A stretch of DNA of 64,000 nt. Source: Dermatophilaceae bacterium. GTDB lineage: Bacteria > Actinomycetota > Actinomycetes > Actinomycetales > Dermatophilaceae. Under the pieces are notes generated by a model that was given only the letters and a program-made list of their open reading frames with translations, searched no databases and was not told the DNA's origin. The translations under genes and the position numbers were made by a program. Shown piece by piece: positions 58,498 to 64,000 of the stretch; the stretch's first letter is position 1; the number at the start of each line of letters is the position of its first letter. The stretch is taken from positions 258 to 64,257 of the forward strand of contig JBAUUB010000347.1 in assembly GCA_049582485.1 (NCBI GenBank). The letters run 5' to 3'.

Positions 58498-59837
58498 CGC
58501 TGGCCATCCCCGCGCCCACGGTCGGGCTCCGTCGCGACCGCGTCAGCACCCTCGGCCGAAGCCGACTCGGGAACCATCGTGTGCACCCGCACGAGGTCGA
58601 TCCGGCGTCCGTCCAGCTCGAGCACCTCGAGCACCCGCTCGTCCCAGCGGACCGTGTCGCCGACCTCGGCCAGCCGCCCCAGTCGCTCGAGGATGAACCC
58701 GCCGAGGGTGTCGAAGTTGCCCTCGGGCAGCTCCTCCCCGAACACCCGCTCCGCGTCCGCGCGACCGAGCAGCCCCGGCACCTCGTTGTCCTCCATGGTC
58801 GTGCTCGTCTCGATCTCGTGCAGGTCGTACTCGTCGCGGATCTGGCCGACGAACTCCTCGAGCACGTCCTCGATCGTGACGATGCCGTCGGTTCCGCCGT
58901 ACTCGTCGACCACGATCGCCAGGTGGTTGTTCTCGCCCTGCATCTCCGTGAGGGCGCTGAGCACCGGCTTGCTCCCGGGGAAGAACACGGTCGGTCGGAT
59001 GAGGTCACCCACGACGCGCGCGGAGGACGGCGGGGTGAGGAGGTCGCGCACGTGGAGGAAGCCGAGGATGTGGTCGGTGTCCTCGCCGGTGACCGGGTAG
59101 CGCGAGTGCTCGCGCTCGGTCACGTAGTGCCGCGCGTCATCGATCGGCATCACGGCATCGATGAAGTCCACCTCGGTCCGCGGGGTCATCACCTCGTCGA
59201 CGGTCCGCTCTCCGACGGAGAGCATGCCGACCACCATGTCGCGCTCCTTCTCGCTGAGCGACTCGTGCTCGGCGACGAGAGAGCGCAGCTCCTCGGCTCC
59301 GATGTCCTCGCGCTGGGCGTGCGGATCCTGTCCGAGGAGCCGGACGACGGCGTTCGTGGAGGCGGACAGCAGCCAGATGACCGGGCGCAGCAGGCTCGCC
59401 AGCAGGTCGAGCGGCCGGGCCATGAGCAGCGAGGTGCGCTCCGCCGCCATCAGTGCGAGCCGTTTGGGCACGAGCTCACCGAGCACGAGTGAGAGGTATG
59501 CGATGACCAGGGTCGTCGCGATGAAGGCCACCGCGTAGGCAGTGCCCTCCGTCATTCCGAGGCGCTCGAAGCCGACGGCGACCACCGGCGCGATCTGGGC
59601 CGCACCGAAGGACGCGGAGAAGAAGCCCGCGAGGGTGACCCCGACCTGGACCGCGGAGAGGAAGCGGTTCGAGTCGCCGGCCAGCCGGGCGACCGTCTCG
59701 CCGGCCCTCCCCCGGTCGGCGAGGCCGCGGATCTGGCTCTCGCGCAGCGACACCAGCGCGATCTCGGAGGCGGCGAAGGCGCCGCCGATGAGGATGAAGA
59801 CGAGGACAAGGGCGATGTTGGCCCATAAGGAGTCCAC
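58494..59837 (-). CDS. CNNM/HlyC-CorC family transporter (DUF21-CBS-CorC)
   Basis: N-terminal DUF21 TM domain, a CBS pair and a C-terminal CorC_HlyC domain. Its stop overlaps the rhodanese gene stop (CTAG). Confidence 0.85.
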   Translation of the reverse strand: MDSLWANIALVLVFILIGGAFAASEIALVSLRESQIRGLADRGRAGETVARLAGDSNRFLSAVQVGVTLAGFFSASFGAAQIAPVVAVGFERLGMTEGTAYAVAFIATTLVIAYLSLVLGELVPKRLALMAAERTSLLMARPLDLLASLLRPVIWLLSASTNAVVRLLGQDPHAQREDIGAEELRSLVAEHESLSEKERDMVVGMLSVGERTVDEVMTPRTEVDFIDAVMPIDDARHYVTEREHSRYPVTGEDTDHILGFLHVRDLLTPPSSARVVGDLIRPTVFFPGSKPVLSALTEMQGENNHLAIVVDEYGGTDGIVTIEDVLEEFVGQIRDEYDLHEIETSTTMEDNEVPGLLGRADAERVFGEELPEGNFDTLGGFILERLGRLAEVGDTVRWDERVLEVLELDGRRIDLVRVHTMVPESASAEGADAVATEPDRGRGDGQR

Positions 59838-59953
59838 TGTCGGACCTTTCGGAGTTCGCGGGGCGGGCTCGCCCGCCGAGCGTTACGGTGAGCACGATCC
59901 TCGCACACGTACTCCCGGCCGAGGCACCGCCCGCACGGGGTCCGCCGCGCGGC

Positions 59954-61111
59954 CTAGACCGGGGCGATCTGCTGTGCAGCGGGGGCCTGGACCGCCCGGA
60001 TCAGTCCGCTCAGCGCCACGAGGGCGACTGCCACGGCCACGAGGAGCACGCGAGCCCCGAGCATCTCGGCGATCGGCGGGGCGGCGAGCGACCCGGCGAG
60101 CGCGGCGCCGACCATGGCGGTGTCCCCGAGTCCGAACACGCTGGCGCGGCTGTCGTCGGGGATGAGGTCCTGCAGGTGCCGGGTCGCGTTGCTCTCCGCG
60201 TGCACCGCCGCGGCTCCGACCAGACCAAGCGCGGGCAGCGCGGCGAGCACCGCCGGAGCGAGCCCGAGCAGCACGATGCCTGCCGACATCAGCGCCAGCC
60301 CGCACAACGTGCGACGGACCGGACCCCGACCCAGCCGGACGAGCAGAGGGGCACCGAGGGCTCCGAAGCCGAGCACTGCCGTGCCGATCCCGAACGCGGT
60401 CTCGGTGCTCCACGGAGCCGCCCAGTCATCGGTCGCCATCGGCAGCAGCGCGATCCCCACCCCGGCAAGGACGAAGTTGATCATCGCGAGCAGCCCGAGC
60501 GTGCGGCGGGCCTGGGGACTGGTCGCGAGCACGGCTCGCCACCCGGTCCGGACCCGCCCGGGCGCCCTCCTCGGGGCCGGGAGGTCGACTCCACGCATGA
60601 CGAGCCACGCGACCGCGGTCGCCCCGGTCGCGAGCGGGATGACCAGCCCGGGCACTCCGAGGAGCAGTCCCCCGATCGCGGGCCCGACGACGAAGCTGCA
60701 CACCTCGATGGTCACGAGCCACTCGGTGGTCCGGGCCCGCGCCCCCGGAACCGCCGGTAGTCCCGCCACGAGCGCCGGGTATGCGGGTGTCGCCACCACG
60801 ACGACGAGGGCACTGACCAGCACGGCCAGGCCGAGCCGGTCGGCCCACAGCGCCAGGCCGCTCGCGGCGAGCAGGACCACGCGGGCCACGAGTGTGCCCG
60901 TCACGATCCGGGACCGCGAGAAGCGGTCGGCGAAGTGCCCGACCCACCACGAGCAGAGGACGTACGGCGCCATGCGGGCGGCGCCCGCCGCACCGAGCCA
61001 CCAGGCGGAACCGGTTCCTGACCAGACCGCCGCGAGCAGCAGCGGCCAGGCCGCGCCCATCGCCGTGGCGGCCAGGGCGTGGCTGACCAGGATGCGGGTA
61101 GGAGTCCTCAT
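59954..61111 (-). CDS. MFS transporter (12 TM)
   Basis: ATG at 61111, 6 nt after the upstream decarboxylase stop. The product is hydrophobic throughout. Confidence 0.75.
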   Translation of the reverse strand: MRTPTRILVSHALAATAMGAAWPLLLAAVWSGTGSAWWLGAAGAARMAPYVLCSWWVGHFADRFSRSRIVTGTLVARVVLLAASGLALWADRLGLAVLVSALVVVVATPAYPALVAGLPAVPGARARTTEWLVTIEVCSFVVGPAIGGLLLGVPGLVIPLATGATAVAWLVMRGVDLPAPRRAPGRVRTGWRAVLATSPQARRTLGLLAMINFVLAGVGIALLPMATDDWAAPWSTETAFGIGTAVLGFGALGAPLLVRLGRGPVRRTLCGLALMSAGIVLLGLAPAVLAALPALGLVGAAAVHAESNATRHLQDLIPDDSRASVFGLGDTAMVGAALAGSLAAPPIAEMLGARVLLVAVAVALVALSGLIRAVQAPAAQQIAPV

Positions 61112-61116
61112 CCTGG

Positions 61117-62289
61117 TCAGGCCGCCTGCCCGACGAGGGTGGTGGGCAAGGGGTCGAACCCGTTGAAGCCGACCGTCGAGTAGCAGGTCGAGTACGCGCC
61201 TGCACAGTCGATGCGGACCTCGTCGCCTTCGGCCAGCGCCAACGGAAGCATCCGAGGCTCGCGTTGATACAGGACGTCGGCGCTGTCGCACGTCGGTCCG
61301 GCGACGACGCACGGTCCGAGCGGACCTCCGTCGCGGGTCGTTCGCAGCGGGTAGCGAATGGCCTCCTCGAGGGTCTCGACGAGCCCGGTGAAGACGCCGC
61401 AGTCGAGGAAGACCCATCGAGTCCCGCCACGGTCGATGACCTCGACGACCGACGTCACGACCGTCCCGGCATCACCGACGATGCCGCGGCCGGGCTCGAC
61501 CAGGGTCCGCGGCAGGTCGGAGCCGAACGACGCCTCGAGTGCGGTCCGGATCGCCGAGGCGTAGTCGGCCACCTGCGGTTCGTCTCCGGCCAGCCGGGCC
61601 GGGAAGCCACCGCCCAGGTCGAGCAGCCACGGACGCAGCCCGTAGTCGTGCAGCGCGGCGAAGGCCTGTGCCGACGCAGCGATGGGCCGCGTCCACGCCC
61701 CCGGGTCGCGCTGCTGGCTGCCGACGTGGAACGAGAGCCCTGCCGGGTCGAGCCCGAGGTGGGCGGCGAGGAGCAGGATCTCGGTCGCCTCGGCGGTGGA
61801 CACGCCGTACTTACGCGACAGCGGCCAGTCCGAGCCCGCACCGCTGGTCACGAGCCGGCACAGGACGGATGACCCGGGAGCGGCCTGGGCGACCTTGCGC
61901 GTCTCCTGCGGCGAGTCGACGACGAACAGGGTGACCCCGAGGGCGGCGGCCTCGATGATGTCGGAGCGACGCTTGACCGGGTTGGAGTACACCAGCGTCT
62001 CGGGCTGCGCGCCGGCGGCGAGGGTGGCCCGCACCTCGGCGGGGCTCGCCACGTCGAACCGGCACCCGGCCCGGTGCAGGGACCGCAGCAGGACCGGATG
62101 GGGGTTGGCCTTGACGGCGTAGTGCACCGCGGTCCCGGGCAGGGCATCGGCCAGGACGGAGAACGCACCGACCGCCGCGTGGACGTCCAGCTCGAGCCGG
62201 GGAGTCGACTCGACGGGTCGAACGTCGGTGCGGGCGATCGGTCCGCCGGACGGGTGCACGTCCTCGACGGTCGGCAGGCTCATGCACAT
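61117..62289 (-). CDS. Type III PLP-dependent decarboxylase (ornithine/lysine/DAP decarboxylase family)
   Basis: HYAVKANP (PLP lysine), LDLGGGFP and GPTCDSAD motifs. Start is ATG 62289 or 62283. Confidence 0.85.
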   Translation of the reverse strand: MCMSLPTVEDVHPSGGPIARTDVRPVESTPRLELDVHAAVGAFSVLADALPGTAVHYAVKANPHPVLLRSLHRAGCRFDVASPAEVRATLAAGAQPETLVYSNPVKRRSDIIEAAALGVTLFVVDSPQETRKVAQAAPGSSVLCRLVTSGAGSDWPLSRKYGVSTAEATEILLLAAHLGLDPAGLSFHVGSQQRDPGAWTRPIAASAQAFAALHDYGLRPWLLDLGGGFPARLAGDEPQVADYASAIRTALEASFGSDLPRTLVEPGRGIVGDAGTVVTSVVEVIDRGGTRWVFLDCGVFTGLVETLEEAIRYPLRTTRDGGPLGPCVVAGPTCDSADVLYQREPRMLPLALAEGDEVRIDCAGAYSTCYSTVGFNGFDPLPTTLVGQAA

Positions 62290-62334
62290 CAGGAGCAGCC
62301 GGCAGCGCCTCCTGATACCTCGGTGACCGGCTGC

Positions 62335-63573
62335 CTATCCGGTGACCGGAACCGCCTCACACGACCCGTCCTGCAGCGAGGCCAGGGTCTCGACCGTCCG
62401 CGCGTAGGTGGTCGGGTGGGTCTGCGGTGTCGCGAGCTCGACCACGTGACCGTCGAGGTCGACCCTCGTGGGCTGGTAGTCGACCTCGGAGGTGACGTCA
62501 CCGTCGGGGTCGACGGTGAACGTGGCGCGCGCCATCATCCCCTCCTGGGTCGTGGGCAGCAGCCGGCCTCCGGTCGTGTCCGGCGACTGGTTCGACAGGA
62601 AGTTTCCGAGCCCGTAGAAGACGGTTCGTCCGTTGATGGTCTCGCACGGCTGGATCACGTGCACGTGGGTGCCGAGGATCAGGTCGACGTCGCCGGCACC
62701 GAGGAGCTCCCGGGCGAGCCGGCGCTGGTCCTCGGTGGGGGTCGCGACGTACTCCTCACCCCAGTGCATGCTGAGGACGACGAGATCGGCGCCGGCATCC
62801 CGAGCCGACTGCGCGTCGGCCGCGATCCCCTGGGCCTCGACCACCGGCCACATGGCCCGCGAGAGCCAGGGGGCATCCGGGGGGACGTCGGTGTTGGGGC
62901 CCCAGTTGTTGAGCATCGTGTAGCTGTAGGCGAGATGGGCGACGGTCACGTCGCCGATCTCGTACAGGGCCGGCTCTCCCGCCCGCGACTCGTCGGCCTG
63001 CGGCCCGGCGTATGCGAGCCCCTCCTCCTGCAGGACATCGATCGTCTGCGCGAGACCGTCGAGCCCGCGGTCCCAGCTGTGGTTCGAGGCGAAGTCGCAG
63101 CCGTCGAAGCCGGCTGAGGAGAGGCCGGTCGCCACTTCCCGTGGTGAGTTGAAGACCAGGGTCCGCGGTTGCGTGAGGTTGGTGTTGTCCGCGGACAGCG
63201 GGGTCTCGAGGTGACAGATGCCGAGATCGGCGCCCTCGATGAAGGGCGACACCTCGTCGAGCATGGGGGCGAAGTCGAACTCCGCCGCGGAGCCCTCCGC
63301 GCTGCGCGCGGCGTTCGCGATCACCGGCGCGTGCGGGAGTATGTCGCCTGCCGCAACGATCGTGACCGTGACCGGCTCGGGGGTCGGCGTCGGTGTCGGT
63401 GTCGCCGATGCCGTCGCGCCGGGCGCGGCTGCCCCGACCTCGGGCTCGTCAGCAGGTGCTTCGGAGCCGGAGCAGGCGGTGAGGGCCGCCATAGCGACCA
63501 CCCCCGGGAGCACGCGCCAGAGCCGTCTCAGGACAGTGGCTCGCCGCCGAATGGCGTCTCGTCCGGAGGTCAC
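62335..63573 (-). CDS. CapA-family metallophosphatase-fold lipoprotein
   Basis: Lipobox LTAC, AAGDILPH, LETPLS and HWGEEY motifs. The GTG at 63573 overlaps the upstream stop; an alternative start is at 63615. Confidence 0.75.
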   Translation of the reverse strand: MTSGRDAIRRRATVLRRLWRVLPGVVAMAALTACSGSEAPADEPEVGAAAPGATASATPTPTPTPEPVTVTIVAAGDILPHAPVIANAARSAEGSAAEFDFAPMLDEVSPFIEGADLGICHLETPLSADNTNLTQPRTLVFNSPREVATGLSSAGFDGCDFASNHSWDRGLDGLAQTIDVLQEEGLAYAGPQADESRAGEPALYEIGDVTVAHLAYSYTMLNNWGPNTDVPPDAPWLSRAMWPVVEAQGIAADAQSARDAGADLVVLSMHWGEEYVATPTEDQRRLARELLGAGDVDLILGTHVHVIQPCETINGRTVFYGLGNFLSNQSPDTTGGRLLPTTQEGMMARATFTVDPDGDVTSEVDYQPTRVDLDGHVVELATPQTHPTTYARTVETLASLQDGSCEAVPVTG

Positions 63574-63830
63574 CTGCCGGTCCTCTCGCGGTGGCTGCAG
63601 CCCGGCCAGCAGCACGGGCGACGCATGCCGTCCTCCAGTTCCTCTCGAGTGCGTCGGATGCGACGATCGCGCGTCGCATCCTGCTTGGCGTCCTCGACCC
63701 AGCAGATGAACTCGTTACGCGCCAGGGGGGTGATGTCGTGCCACGCGGTGAGCGCGACACCATGCGCCGTCAGCTCTGCGGCGAGGTCGCTCGGCAGGCC
63801 GTGGACCGTGCCCCCTGGAATCGTGCGCAC
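63570..63830 (-). CDS. YdeI/OmpD-associated family protein (short form)
   Basis: TPLARNEFICWVEDAKQDATRDRRIRRT...RRPCCWPGC C-terminal signature. Confidence 0.65.
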   Translation of the reverse strand: MRTIPGGTVHGLPSDLAAELTAHGVALTAWHDITPLARNEFICWVEDAKQDATRDRRIRRTREELEDGMRRPCCWPGCSHRERTGR

Positions 63831-63869
63831 CGGTCCATGGTAAGCGGGGCGTTCGATGCGGCCGAAACG

Positions 63870-64000
63870 TCACTGCCCGCGGATGGAGTCCCGCCGCTGC
63901 CGGTTCGCCTTCGGGGTGCGCCGATCCCGAGCCTTGGTGAACTGGCGGAGCAGGTCGGCGCCGACGTCGTTCAGCGCCGCCCGCAGATCCTGCTCGTCGG
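63870..64000 (-). CDS. 3' end of an unidentified ORF running off the window
   Basis: Open frame ...DEQDLRAALNDVGADLLRQFTKARDRRTPKANRQRRDSIRGQ*. Composition is coding-like only. Confidence 0.25.
   Translation of the reverse strand, partial: DEQDLRAALNDVGADLLRQFTKARDRRTPKANRQRRDSIRGQ

Overview
By eye this is a high-GC (about 70%) chromosomal segment typical of Actinomycetota, possibly Micrococcales-like; that placement is inference only. It is tightly packed, and many adjacent genes have ATGA/GTGA start-stop overlaps. Most of it is core housekeeping: purine synthesis (large single-chain purL, purC, purD, purA), fbaA, pyrE, fhs, clpB, and a dnaK-grpE-dnaJ-hspR operon with recognisable HspR (HAIR) operators at dnaK and clpB. 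It also carries dinB, xthA, an lprG/p55-like lipoprotein-MFS pair, a HelD-like helicase, and assorted transporters, hydrolases and regulators. I saw no rRNA, tRNA, CRISPR array, transposase, integrase or phage genes.

The annotation does not explain several things:
1. Two families of structured interspersed intergenic repeats. Family 1 is a double-hairpin TTCCC/GGGAA element with 3 copies. Family 2 is a MITE-like element of 65-140 nt with imperfect terminal inverted repeats and a CAATTGCG core, with 4 copies. Two family-2 copies bracket an AbiEi/DUF559 gene.
2. A 5 x 16-bp tandem array.
3. A sulfide:quinone-oxidoreductase / TDT-channel / rhodanese cluster whose divergent promoter carries two CsoR/CstR-type palindromes, with no cognate regulator gene in view.
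4. A cytoplasmic Ser/Thr kinase fused to a SAM-methyltransferase domain.
5. A 15-codon bridge ORF created by a 16-nt duplication between two coupled genes.

I cannot demonstrate a complete novel multi-gene system (for example a defence island) from sequence alone. The repeat families and the sulfur cluster are the best candidates for follow-up. The many long ORFs antisense to real genes are treated as high-GC artefacts.
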